Of a stretch of DNA of 64,000 nucleotides, positions 18,429 to 27,994 are shown piece after piece (the first letter of the stretch is position 1; each line of letters opens with the position of its first letter). The notes under the pieces are model-generated. The model saw only the letters and a program-made list of their open reading frames with translations, had not been told where the DNA came from and made no database searches. The position numbers and the translations under genes were made by a program. This DNA is from Candidatus Latescibacterota bacterium (GTDB taxonomy: Bacteria; Latescibacterota; UBA2968; UBA8231): the NCBI GenBank assembly GCA_965248355.1, contig OZ252098.1:2368001-2432000 (forward strand), written 5' to 3'.

Positions 18429-21400
18429 TCACCGCACCACCACCGTCCCTCCCGCCTTCCGGCCCCGGAAGTCGCGGTCGTACATCGCCTCCACCTGGGT
18501 CGGCGGCCGGGCGAAGGTCCCGCGGGTCACGGCGTTGAGCTTGAGGACGAAGTCGAGGGCCTTGCCGCCGCGGGGCAGGTCGAAGAACCAGTCGGCGCGG
18601 TCGTCGCGCACGTCGAGGTACTCCTCGGCGTTGAGGCGCCACCCCTTCATCCAGGCGGGGCGGGGCCCGGCGCCCAGCCGGGGGCTCTCGATCTCCCAGC
18701 CCGCCGGCAGCATCTGCGTGAGGGCCACCTCCTCGAGGCCGTGGTGGCGGCTGCCGTTCTCCACGCGGATGTGGCACCAGAAGGCGGTTCCCTGGGCCAG
18801 GGTGTCGGGGGCGATGGCCATGCCGTCCTCGTCGAGCCACTCCACGGACAGCTTGATGCGGCCCTCCTCGTCCGGCACCTGCCCCCGCGGCGGCACGCCC
18901 TCCCAGTCGAGGGCGGCGAAGGCCCGCTCCACGGTGACGGCCGAGTCCACCCGCACCTCCACCTGGCCGCCGAAGCCGCCGGCGATCTCCACCTGGTAGC
19001 CCAGGCTCTCGGTGCGGAAGGGCACGGACTCGCCGCCGGGCAGGAGGATGGTGCCGGTGAGCGGCGCCGGGGACCCGTCGCCCTGCAGGGCGCGGACGTA
19101 CTTGCCCAGGGCCAGCAAGGAGACGCTGGTGGTCTGGGTGGAGTGCCAGCCCCGGGTGACGCCGTGGGCCACTTCCAGAGCCAACTCGTCGGCGGCTCTC
19201 CATCGCTGGAAGAGGACCTGGGTGTCGAGGATCAGGGCCTTGTCGCGCAGCCCCGAGCCGTAGGTGTTGCCCAGCTCCCGGTACTCGTCGACCTCGATCC
19301 CGGCGCCGCGGGCGATCTCGTCGGCCGTCCCCTCGATCCCCGCGAGCTGGTAGGCGGAGGCCAGCAGCCACTTGTCGAGGTTGGACATGCTGCCCAGCTC
19401 GTTCTCCTTGAGCAGGTTCATGGCGCCGAGGGCGGGGTCGCCGGCCAGGGCCAGGAGATAGACGCGGTAGACGCGCACCTTCAGGGGGTCCCGGGTCAGG
19501 CTGGACTGGGCGTGCTGATAGCGCAGCCATCCCTGGAGCAGCTCCTCGGGCACGTGGTAGCCGAGGGCGCGGGCCTCGATGAGGAAGTGCCCGGCCCAGG
19601 TGCTGCCCCAGGGCGAGGGCCGGCGCTGCCCCGGCCACAGGCTGAAGGAGGCGTCGGGCAGCCGGTAGCGGCGCAGACGCAGGATCGCCTCGTTGACGCG
19701 CTCGTCGACGTCGGCGGCGACGATGCGGCGCTCCTCCGGCTTCAGGTCGACCAGGTCCTTGAGGTAGAGCTGGGGGAAGACGGAGGAGACGATCTGCTCC
19801 AGGCAGCCGTACGGGTAGCGCATCAGGCGCAGCATCTGGTTGTCGAAGTTGAAGCCGGGCCGCCGGCGCACGCTGACCCGCGCCTTGTTGGTGCCCGGCA
19901 GGCCCTTGTCCGGCACGGTGAAGGTGACGGCCTCTCCGGGCCTCATCCCGCGCTCCTCGCTGTCGTAGACCACCGGCGACGAGGCCCGCACCTCGATGTC
20001 GGTCCGTCGGGAGGCCCGGGCCCCGGAAGCGGAGGAGGCCTCCACCACGATCGTCGCCGGGCCCACGGCCGGGGCGGCCTCCAGCTCGAAAGTGAGGTCC
20101 CGCTCCCCCGGGCCGCTGAGATCCACCTGCCTGCGCGCGGCACCGGCACCGGCCACGGCCAGCGGCCCCTCCACCTGGATGGAGACCTCCAAGGCACCCA
20201 GGCTGTCGGCCATGGCGAAGAGGGAGACCGGCACCTCGACGCGGTCCCCGGGGCCGATGACCCGCGGCAGGGTGGACAGCACCATCAGCTCGCTCTTCAC
20301 CTCCACCGTCTTCTCGGCGCGGCCGAAGCGCCGGCCCCGGGCGCCGACCGCCATGGCCCGCACGGCGCCCACGTAGTTGGGCATGACGAAGCGCACCCGG
20401 GCTCGCCCCGAGGCGTCGGTGCTCAGGGGGCCGGCGAACATGGAGACGGGAGGGAAGCGGCGGCGGCGGGCTTCCTCCTCCCGCCCGGCCCGCTTGGCGG
20501 CCAGGCCGCCCCCGATGGCGAAGACGCGGAAGGGGTCGCCCCGGGCGGCGCCGATGACGTGGGCGAAGAGGTCGAAGGTGCTCACGCCCAGCCGCTGCTT
20601 GCGGAAGAAGGCCTTCCAGGGGTCCGGGGTGACGAAGTCGGTCAGGGCGAGAAGTCCCTCGTCGACCACGGCGAGGGTGAAGGCGGCGGAATCGGCGGCG
20701 CTGACCACCTCCACCTCGAAGGGCTCGCCCGGGCGCAGCAAGTCCGGCATGTGGATGTCCAGGTCGAGACGGGTCTCCGGCTCGTGGACCTCGATGGGGA
20801 CGACGCCGAAGAGGCGCAGGGGCCGGTCGTTGCCGGTCTGGGCGTAGGGCTGGATGAGGGAGACGGTGGCGTACGCCGTGGGGACCATGTCGGCGGTGAC
20901 GGGCACCGGGATGCTGGCCTCCTCGCGGCTGCCGTCGAGACGGTACCAGCGGGAGTCCAGGACCCGTTCGCCCTGCTCGACGGAGAACAGGACCGAGCCC
21001 TCGCCGGGCACGGGGAAGCGGACGACGGCCTCGTCGCCGGGCTGGTAGCGCTCCCGGTCGGTCTTGAGGACCAGGACCCCCTCGTTGCCCTCGGCCGCCG
21101 GGGTGCGGCCCCAGGGATAGGCGCGCACGAAGAAGGCGGCGGCATGGCCCCGGTCGCCGCCGTCGGCGACCTCGATGAGGTACTCGCCCCGCTCCCCCGG
21201 CTCGAAGAGCAGGTCCACCGGGGTGAGGGCGGAGAGGATCCGCTCCTCCGAGACCAGCTCGGTGCGGCGGTCGCTCTTGAAGCGCCGGCGAAAGGCCTGG
21301 CGGTTCTCGTACTCCCACCACCAGTGGGTGGTGCCCCGGTAGACGCGGTAGCGCAGGCCGCGGCCGGCCACGGGGTTGCCGTCGACGTCGGTCACCATCA

Positions 21401-24080
21401 CGGGGATCGCCACCGGCGCCCCGACGCGGGTGTAGCCGTAGTCGAGGTCCGGCTTCTTCAGCCCCACGTAGTGGTCGTAGGGGTCGATGGGGATCCGCTT
21501 GCGGCCGTGGTTGGGGCGTCCCCCCTTCTCCAGCACCCGCGCCGCGAGCAGGGCCTGCAGGGCCGAGGGCGCCCCGGCCATCTCGGGCAACGTCCACTCG
21601 ACGCGGGCCTTGCCCTCGGCGTCGAGGGGGCCCTTGAAGATCACGGCGCTCACGGGCCGGTAGTCGATGGCCTCGTTGGTGAAGGTGAACCCCTGGTAGC
21701 GCGGGAAGCCCTTCGGCGCGCTCTGCAGCGAGACGCTCAGCTCCGCCTGCAGCCCGGCCGCCGGGGTGCCGAAGAGGTAGGCGCTGCGCAGTTCCGCCTT
21801 CAGGACTTCGTCCTCCCGGCCCAGGCGCTCCTTGTCCGGGGCGATCTCGGTCTTGAGCCGGTAGGGGACGACGGTCTCGATCTTGAGGACGTGGTCGAAG
21901 GTGCTGTCGCCGATGCGCACCCGGGCCCGCCAGTTGCCCGTGGGGTCCTCGACGCCGGTGGCGAAGGAGAAGCTGTACAAGCCCTCGCGCGCCCCCCGGC
22001 GGACCTGCTCGAAGACCATCTGGTTCTTGGGGTTGAAGATCCGGCAGGTGGCGGGATGGTCGTCGGGGAAGGTGTAGTCCGGGTGCCGGGCGATGACGGA
22101 GAGGTTGATCTCGTCCCCCGGCCGGTAGACGCCGCGCTCGGTGTAGATGAAGGCCCGGGGCCCCGGACGCGCCTCGGCGCCGCCCACGTCGAAGGTCGAC
22201 AGGTTCCAGGCCATGTCGCCGGGCTTGATCAGGCTGCGCTGCCCCCGGTGCTCGGCCTCGACGAAGAAGATCTCCTCGGTGACTCCCTCGAAGCGCGCCA
22301 AGCCGCGGCCGTCGGTGGTGCCCCGGCCGGCGACCTGGTTCTGGTAGGTGCGCAGGGTCACCTCGACGCCGGGCAGGGGCCGGGCGTCGTCGAGGCGGGT
22401 GGCGTACACGAGGTGCTGGTCGTGGCCGCGCTTGTAGGTCAGCCCGATGTCGCTGACGATCAGGGCCTTGGCGGCCCGGCCGTTGACGCGGACGTAGCCT
22501 CTGGCCGTCGGGTCGGAGTAGTAGTCGCGGCCCCGGCCCTGTCGGCGGCGGCCCTGGCCGTAGTGCCGGCGGATCTCCCCGGCGCCGGCGGCGGCGTTGT
22601 AGAGCATGTCCTCCTGGGCGAAGCGCAACTCCACCAGGAACAGTCCCCGCTCCCCCTCGGCGATGAGGGCCCCCAGGTCCAGCTCGTGCTCCAGCCAGGC
22701 GTTGCGCTGGTCGGGGATCTCGAGGGTGTCGAGGGCGACCCGCACGCCGACGCGGCGGGCGTTGTAGAAGGGGCGGCGGCGCTCCCGGCCGCTGGGCAGG
22801 CTCTCGCTCTGCAGGAACGGCCCCAGGTTGGAGGCGAAGACCTTCTTCACCTCCAGGTAGACGCGGCCCAGGTTGAGGGTGGCGAAGCGCAGCCGCCGGT
22901 CCCGGGAGGACGGCAGGAAGACGCCGTCGCGGGCGAAGCGCAGCTTCGGGTTGCGGTCGGAGAACCCGACCTCCCGCCGCGTGGCTTCCTTGGTGCGGGT
23001 GCCCCAGCGGCTGCGGATGCCGGGGTGGACCACCAGCTCGTAGCCGCGGCCGTGGGCGAACTCCCCGTCCACGAGGATCTCCTTGCCCGAGGCCTTCAGG
23101 CGGACCTCCGCCCCCGGCACCTGCACCAGCCCCTCCACGTCCTGGCGCGGGTCCAGCTCGTCGGAGAACACCAGCACCAGGCGCGGAACGTCTCCCGCCT
23201 CGTCCTTCTCCACCTTCTCCAGCCGCATCTCCTGCAGCGGAGCCAGGGGGATCTCCTTCTCGTACGGGTGGGAGATCTCCAGCTCCCCGTGGTCCACGGC
23301 GAAGACGTAGCGCTGGTCGGTGGTGTCCCGCTTCATGACGGCGCTGGTGAAGGTGAAGACCCGCCCCTCCTCGTCCGCCTCCCAGGCCAGGGGCAGGAGG
23401 TCCGCCCCCCGGCGCAGGGTCGCGGCCCGGCGCACGCGGTCCAGTTCCGCCGCTTCCGTCAGCTCGAGGCGGCCGCGGTAGATCAGGTACTGGGGGTCCC
23501 CGGCGGTGCGCAGGTCGAAGTCGCCTTCGAGGGAGAGGATCTCGCGGCCGGCGACGGTGAAGTCGAAGTCGAGGGGCTCGAGGTCGGGGCGGTCCGGCAG
23601 CAGGGCGGCCAGGTCCAGGCGGCCCCGGTAGGCCCGGCGCGCGGGCAGGGGCCGGTTGGGGCGGAAGACCAGGTCCCGGGTGCTCTCCCACCGGGCCGTG
23701 CCGTCGATGGGCGGGGTGAAGGTGAAGACCCGCTTCTTCAGGGGGTGGTCGAGGAGGCGGCCGTCGACGACGCGCTTTGTGAAGCGGACCTTGACGGGCC
23801 CGCGGGACGACACCGTGCCCGAGGTCACCGTGCTCACCAGCCGCGCCGTCTCGGGCGCTACAGCGGCGGGCAGGTCCTCCACCGGCTCCCGGGCGCAACC
23901 CAGGGCCAGGGCCGCGGGCAGGAGGAAGCCCCAGACCAGCGGACGAGTCCCGCACTCAGGACGCCCGCCAGCCCGGGGACCCGACCCGGGCCGCGAGAAC
24001 GCCGGCCTCGGAGAAGGTCGATGCCGCGGGACCTGCGGACCTCGGCCGCGGGCCTCCGGGACGATCCGTCGCTCGCGCAT
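18429..24080 (-). CDS. Bacterial alpha-2-macroglobulin family lipoprotein
   Basis: Lipobox LALGC; VSDIGL, YTERGVYRPG, TLAVVDEGLL, thioester YPYGCLEQ, DVRDDR, VEAMYD; AGGAGAGG RBS before ATG 24080. Confidence 0.92.
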   Translation of the reverse strand: MRERRIVPEARGRGPQVPRHRPSPRPAFSRPGSGPRAGGRPECGTRPLVWGFLLPAALALGCAREPVEDLPAAVAPETARLVSTVTSGTVSSRGPVKVRFTKRVVDGRLLDHPLKKRVFTFTPPIDGTARWESTRDLVFRPNRPLPARRAYRGRLDLAALLPDRPDLEPLDFDFTVAGREILSLEGDFDLRTAGDPQYLIYRGRLELTEAAELDRVRRAATLRRGADLLPLAWEADEEGRVFTFTSAVMKRDTTDQRYVFAVDHGELEISHPYEKEIPLAPLQEMRLEKVEKDEAGDVPRLVLVFSDELDPRQDVEGLVQVPGAEVRLKASGKEILVDGEFAHGRGYELVVHPGIRSRWGTRTKEATRREVGFSDRNPKLRFARDGVFLPSSRDRRLRFATLNLGRVYLEVKKVFASNLGPFLQSESLPSGRERRRPFYNARRVGVRVALDTLEIPDQRNAWLEHELDLGALIAEGERGLFLVELRFAQEDMLYNAAAGAGEIRRHYGQGRRRQGRGRDYYSDPTARGYVRVNGRAAKALIVSDIGLTYKRGHDQHLVYATRLDDARPLPGVEVTLRTYQNQVAGRGTTDGRGLARFEGVTEEIFFVEAEHRGQRSLIKPGDMAWNLSTFDVGGAEARPGPRAFIYTERGVYRPGDEINLSVIARHPDYTFPDDHPATCRIFNPKNQMVFEQVRRGAREGLYSFSFATGVEDPTGNWRARVRIGDSTFDHVLKIETVVPYRLKTEIAPDKERLGREDEVLKAELRSAYLFGTPAAGLQAELSVSLQSAPKGFPRYQGFTFTNEAIDYRPVSAVIFKGPLDAEGKARVEWTLPEMAGAPSALQALLAARVLEKGGRPNHGRKRIPIDPYDHYVGLKKPDLDYGYTRVGAPVAIPVMVTDVDGNPVAGRGLRYRVYRGTTHWWWEYENRQAFRRRFKSDRRTELVSEERILSALTPVDLLFEPGERGEYLIEVADGGDRGHAAAFFVRAYPWGRTPAAEGNEGVLVLKTDRERYQPGDEAVVRFPVPGEGSVLFSVEQGERVLDSRWYRLDGSREEASIPVPVTADMVPTAYATVSLIQPYAQTGNDRPLRLFGVVPIEVHEPETRLDLDIHMPDLLRPGEPFEVEVVSAADSAAFTLAVVDEGLLALTDFVTPDPWKAFFRKQRLGVSTFDLFAHVIGAARGDPFRVFAIGGGLAAKRAGREEEARRRRFPPVSMFAGPLSTDASGRARVRFVMPNYVGAVRAMAVGARGRRFGRAEKTVEVKSELMVLSTLPRVIGPGDRVEVPVSLFAMADSLGALEVSIQVEGPLAVAGAGAARRQVDLSGPGERDLTFELEAAPAVGPATIVVEASSASGARASRRTDIEVRASSPVVYDSEERGMRPGEAVTFTVPDKGLPGTNKARVSVRRRPGFNFDNQMLRLMRYPYGCLEQIVSSVFPQLYLKDLVDLKPEERRIVAADVDERVNEAILRLRRYRLPDASFSLWPGQRRPSPWGSTWAGHFLIEARALGYHVPEELLQGWLRYQHAQSSLTRDPLKVRVYRVYLLALAGDPALGAMNLLKENELGSMSNLDKWLLASAYQLAGIEGTADEIARGAGIEVDEYRELGNTYGSGLRDKALILDTQVLFQRWRAADELALEVAHGVTRGWHSTQTTSVSLLALGKYVRALQGDGSPAPLTGTILLPGGESVPFRTESLGYQVEIAGGFGGQVEVRVDSAVTVERAFAALDWEGVPPRGQVPDEEGRIKLSVEWLDEDGMAIAPDTLAQGTAFWCHIRVENGSRHHGLEEVALTQMLPAGWEIESPRLGAGPRPAWMKGWRLNAEEYLDVRDDRADWFFDLPRGGKALDFVLKLNAVTRGTFARPPTQVEAMYDRDFRGRKAGGTVVVR

Positions 24081-24233
24081 CTCACCTCTCCTTGTCAGGG
24101 GGTCCGGATGGGCAACTCGATTACAGGAGGCCCGTCCAGGCCTCATGATACACCGTGTTGCGGGCGATCTTCCAGGTGCGGTCCCCCGGGGGCGACTTCC
24201 GTCGGGCGCTCCCGCCGGCGCGGGCGGCGCCGG

Positions 24234-25748
24234 TCAGACGAAGCGGTACCCGTACAGCCGGGCGGCCCCGTAGAGCCAAAAGCGCAGCTTGAAGCGGTTG
24301 CGGCCGATGCCGTCCAGGCCCTTCCCGCCCCACTCCACCGGCCGGCGGAGTCCATCGACGCAGATGTCGCCGCAGTCCTCGCACCCGAACCCGGGGAGGG
24401 GCTCGCCGGAGTCGGCGTCGAGGACCTCCACCTCCACCCAGCTGCGGTCGTTGCGCACGTCGCCGACGTTCACCGTGAGGCGGGTCGAGCGGTCGGTGAG
24501 CTGCAGGGGCGTGGTGGTGGCGTGGCCCGGGGTCTCGCGGTCGGGAGTCTCCAGGCAGGTGAAGCCGTCCTCGCGCAGGGTGGCCAGACCCATGCGCATC
24601 ACCCGGGCGCCGCCGCTGCCCAGCTCGTTGCGGAACTCGGGGCTCTGGTTCTCCGGCGGCCAGCTGGTGAAGTCCTCCCCCGCCCCGCCGTAGAACAGGT
24701 GGATCGTCCCGTCCTTGACCGCCGGCTTGTCGGTGATCACCAGCAGGCCGCCGTCCCACTCGTTGTGGGCGCCGCGGGCGATCACCTTCTGGTGGGGGTT
24801 CACGCGGTCGAAGCGGAGGCCGTCGCCGCTGACGGCCAGACGGATGTCGGCGGCGTACATGCCGTAGAGGCCGTAGCGGTTGGGCACGTACCAGCCGTAC
24901 TCGTAGGCCATGATCCACGCCCCGCCGTAGGGCGACATCATGATGTGGTGGTCCTCGTACTCCAGGCCGTCCGCCGGCGAGATCAGGGGGTTCTCCCCGG
25001 CCCGGCGGAAGTGCTCGATGTCGGGGCCGTAGGCCAGCATCTTGGCGCGCCCCAGCCCCTGGTACTTGTTGGCATGGCGCTTGATGTCCGGCTTGTCGAA
25101 GGGGACCACCTCCTGGAAGACGGCCTTGTAGCGCCGCGAGGGATCGGGGTCCTGGTCGTCGCGCACGAGGACGCCGATGTCGGGCGGTCCGCTCTTGACC
25201 CACTCCGGCAGGTCGATGCGGGGGCCCTCGGTCCAGTGGATGCCGTCGGGCGAGTAGTTGGCCCGGGCGCCGATGGCCACGTACTCGGGGTCGCGCTGGC
25301 CGACGGGCATCGGCTTGGAGAAAGGCCGCTTGATCCCCTTGAAGCGCTTCGCCGGGTCCGGCTCGGCGTCGTCCTTGATGATGGGGCCCCGGCCGTCGAG
25401 GACGATGTTGTTCCTCTTGCTGCCGTTGTACTCGTGCAGCCCGAGGGCGGGCTTGTGCCAGTTGACGCCGTCCTCGCTCTCGGCGTAGCCCATGGCCCAC
25501 CAGCGCCGGGTGGTGATGTCGGAGCCGGCGTACCAGGCCTTGAAGAGCCCGTCCTCCTCGTCGTAGAGCACCGTGGGCGAGGACCAGGGCCCGCAGTGGG
25601 TGGAGTCCCACTCGTGCACGTCGCCCAGGGGCAGGACGGGGTTGAGGGGATGCTTCTCCGCCTCGCACACGGTCTGATCCACGTGATGGGTGGACTCTAC
25701 CCGGTCCATGAGCAGAAAGCCGTCGCCGCTGCCTCGGTTGGTGTTCAT
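24234..25748 (-). CDS. Five-bladed beta-propeller glycoside-hydrolase-like protein (GH32/43/130-like fold)
   Basis: EKHPLNPVL...TVLYDEEDGLFKAWY...YAESEDGVNWHKPALG...GLATLREDGF...ARLYGYRF; ATGA coupling with the upstream gene. Confidence 0.65.
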   Translation of the reverse strand: MNTNRGSGDGFLLMDRVESTHHVDQTVCEAEKHPLNPVLPLGDVHEWDSTHCGPWSSPTVLYDEEDGLFKAWYAGSDITTRRWWAMGYAESEDGVNWHKPALGLHEYNGSKRNNIVLDGRGPIIKDDAEPDPAKRFKGIKRPFSKPMPVGQRDPEYVAIGARANYSPDGIHWTEGPRIDLPEWVKSGPPDIGVLVRDDQDPDPSRRYKAVFQEVVPFDKPDIKRHANKYQGLGRAKMLAYGPDIEHFRRAGENPLISPADGLEYEDHHIMMSPYGGAWIMAYEYGWYVPNRYGLYGMYAADIRLAVSGDGLRFDRVNPHQKVIARGAHNEWDGGLLVITDKPAVKDGTIHLFYGGAGEDFTSWPPENQSPEFRNELGSGGARVMRMGLATLREDGFTCLETPDRETPGHATTTPLQLTDRSTRLTVNVGDVRNDRSWVEVEVLDADSGEPLPGFGCEDCGDICVDGLRRPVEWGGKGLDGIGRNRFKLRFWLYGAARLYGYRFV

Positions 25749-26806
25749 CGCAATGCCATTTCGGTGTAGTCCTCCTTGCACAGCGGAAAACGGTGGACCC
25801 GCATCCTCCGGTCCCGCGAGGTCATGAAGATCCCGTGGGAGGTGGCCCAGTCGCCGATGTTGCGTTCCGGCATCTGCAGGATGCGCCCCGGCGCGTGCAC
25901 GTCGAAGGAGAAGTCCACCAGCTCCTGCATCGTGTGCAGGCTCCGGAACCGGTCCCGGTGCGCGGCCACGTACTGCACCCGGTTCTGCGAGTTGTAGTAG
26001 TAGGGGCCCTCCCACCACTCCGGATTGGCCGCCCGGGACGGCGCCTGCAGGTCGGGGTGCTGCCAGTGGTTGGTCTCGATCACCATTCCCCCCTCGGGCT
26101 CGACGAAGGCGATGTTCTCCGATTCCAGCTCGAAGCCCACCATGTTTCCCGCCGCGTCCACGGCCACGCCGGTGATCCCCTTGATGCCGGAGAGCCGGTA
26201 CTGGTCGAGGAAGTGGCGCACGTCATCGCAGTCGGCGCAGTGCTGGGCGAGGAGATGGATGGTGAAGTAGAGGTTGACGTGCTCCGGGTTCTGGGTGCGG
26301 TTGAACCGGCGGTGCCCGGAGGCCGTGCCCAACAGCAGGCCGGCGTCGTTGACGGCGGTCCCCACTACGACGTTGTACCACTCCCGGACGCCCACGAACC
26401 CGTGGGGGCGGAGGTCGGGCAGCCCCACCAGAACCTTGTCCTTCACGAACTTCCTCACCTTCTCCACCGACCCCGTGTCGTAGGTCCTGAGCATGGCCGG
26501 CCCGTCGTCGAGCAACGCCAGCCCGAAGGCCGTGCATCCCTGCAGCTCGACGCCCGTGTGGTAGAGGTGCAGGTAGTAGGCATGGTCGAAGTCGAGGCCC
26601 GCCGCCTCGCCGTAGGCCTCGATCTGCTCCATCAGGTCGGGGAACTCGCGCCGCATGAAGGCCATGTTCCGCCGGAAGTAGGGGTCCGCGAAGTCGTGAG
26701 GCTGCTGCAGCCGCTTTTCCAGCTCCCCGCGCACCAGCCCGGGGTCCACCAGTCCCAACGCCCGTCCCACCTCGGCCGGGCTGCCCCTGAAGGTGTGCTT
26801 CTCCAC
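25745..26806 (-). CDS. C45 family Ntn-hydrolase/acyltransferase
   Basis: Own RBS (AGGGAGG) and GTG at 26806; autoproteolysis site GCTAF, VNDAGL, ETNHW. Confidence 0.75.
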   Translation of the reverse strand: MEKHTFRGSPAEVGRALGLVDPGLVRGELEKRLQQPHDFADPYFRRNMAFMRREFPDLMEQIEAYGEAAGLDFDHAYYLHLYHTGVELQGCTAFGLALLDDGPAMLRTYDTGSVEKVRKFVKDKVLVGLPDLRPHGFVGVREWYNVVVGTAVNDAGLLLGTASGHRRFNRTQNPEHVNLYFTIHLLAQHCADCDDVRHFLDQYRLSGIKGITGVAVDAAGNMVGFELESENIAFVEPEGGMVIETNHWQHPDLQAPSRAANPEWWEGPYYYNSQNRVQYVAAHRDRFRSLHTMQELVDFSFDVHAPGRILQMPERNIGDWATSHGIFMTSRDRRMRVHRFPLCKEDYTEMALR

Positions 26807-26832
26807 GCCTGCCTCCCTATACCGGTCCGGCG

Positions 26833-27135
26833 CTACAGACGCGCATAGTAGATGATCTCCTTGCGCTCCATGTCGAAGCCCGCCTTCTCGTAGGCCCGCC
26901 GGGCCCCGGCCTGGGCCTCGTTCAGGCCGGTCCGCACCCGGGCGTAGCACAGGCCCGCCTCCCGGAAGCGGTCGAGGACGAAGTCGTACATCATCGTGCC
27001 GATGCCCCGCCCCTGGTACGCCGAGGCCACCGCGTTGAGGCCCAGCGTCCCCAGGCCCCGTTCCTCGTCGAGAAGGTACTGGATGAAGGCGACCACCTCC
27101 CCGCCCTCGCCCTTCTGCACAACGAAGATCCACTG
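26833..27135 (-). pseudogene. GNAT acetyltransferase, C-terminal half only
   Basis: NAVASAYQGRGIGTMMY...ARRAYEKAGF; the N-terminal half is replaced by the Ldh_2 gene. Confidence 0.7.
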
Positions 27136-27976
27136 ACTCGAACTCGGCCCGCGGCATGAAGGCCTCCACGTCGATGGCGATGCAGCAGTGGCTCAGGGCG
27201 CGGGTCTTGTCCCGCAGGTCCTCACCCGGGGGTGTGATGCCGCCGAGGAAGGCGGCGGCGCCGAGCACGCCGGTGAGGACCTCCACCAGGATGGCCAGTC
27301 CGGCGCCCTTGTGGCCGCCGATGGGCAGGGGCGTGCCGCCCACGAGGACGGCCTGCGGATCGTCGGTGGACCGGCCGTCGCCGTCGACCCCCTGCAGGCC
27401 GGCAGGGATGCGCTGGCCCTCGCGGATCAACTGCCGCAGCCGGCCACCCGAGATCGTCAGCGAGGCGTCGAAGAGGATGGGGAAGCCCGCCGCCGTGGGG
27501 ATGCCGAAGCCGAGGGGGCTGTTGCCGATGGCCCGTCCCCGGGCCCCGGGATAGCCCATTCCCGCCTTCGCCGCCTCCAGGCAATATGGCGCGGCCGCGA
27601 GAAAGTGGTTGTTGCGCACCGTGAGGACGATGCCGATCCCGCCCTCGCGCGCCTTCCCGATGGCCAGGCGCATCGCCTTCATGCAGCCCACCATGCCCAC
27701 CCCGTGGTCGCCCTCGATGACGGCGGTCATGCCGTGGTCGCTCAGGACGGGCTGATCGGGCGCGGCGCGGATGCGGCCCTCGCTCAGGCCCTTCAGATTG
27801 AAGTCGACCATGCGCAGGCCGTGGGTGGTGAGGCCGCGGATCTCCTGGCCGACGACGGCGGCGGCGATCGTCTCGGCGTCGTCCCCGGGAACTCCGGCGG
27901 CCTGGAAGAGGTCCCGCACGAACCTCTCCAGCCGGCCGGCGGGCACCCGGCTCTCGACCTGGGTCTCTGCTGTCAT
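27136..27976 (-). pseudogene. Ldh_2 (malate/lactate/ureidoglycolate dehydrogenase) family, internally and 3'-deleted
   Basis: RGLTTHG, RNNHF, GNSPLGFGIP, GGHKGAGLA; the strand after AAKAGM appears missing, and the C-terminal PG-E region is lost after FMPRAEFES. Confidence 0.7.
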
Positions 27977-27994
27977 GGGGACAAGCCGGCGGAG

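Noticed and set aside
18232..23955. 1907-aa alternative-frame ORF over A2M
   Set aside because: Arg/Pro/Gly-rich off-frame translation typical of high GC3.
18201..25769. 2522-aa plus-strand ORF
   Set aside because: Antisense shadow of A2M and the propeller gene, which share one codon register; high-GC genes rarely use TTA/CTA/TCA, so the antisense frame stays open. No motifs.
25745..27976. Single 743-aa protein
   Set aside because: Composite of a truncated Ldh_2, an off-frame GNAT and a C45 gene with its own RBS.
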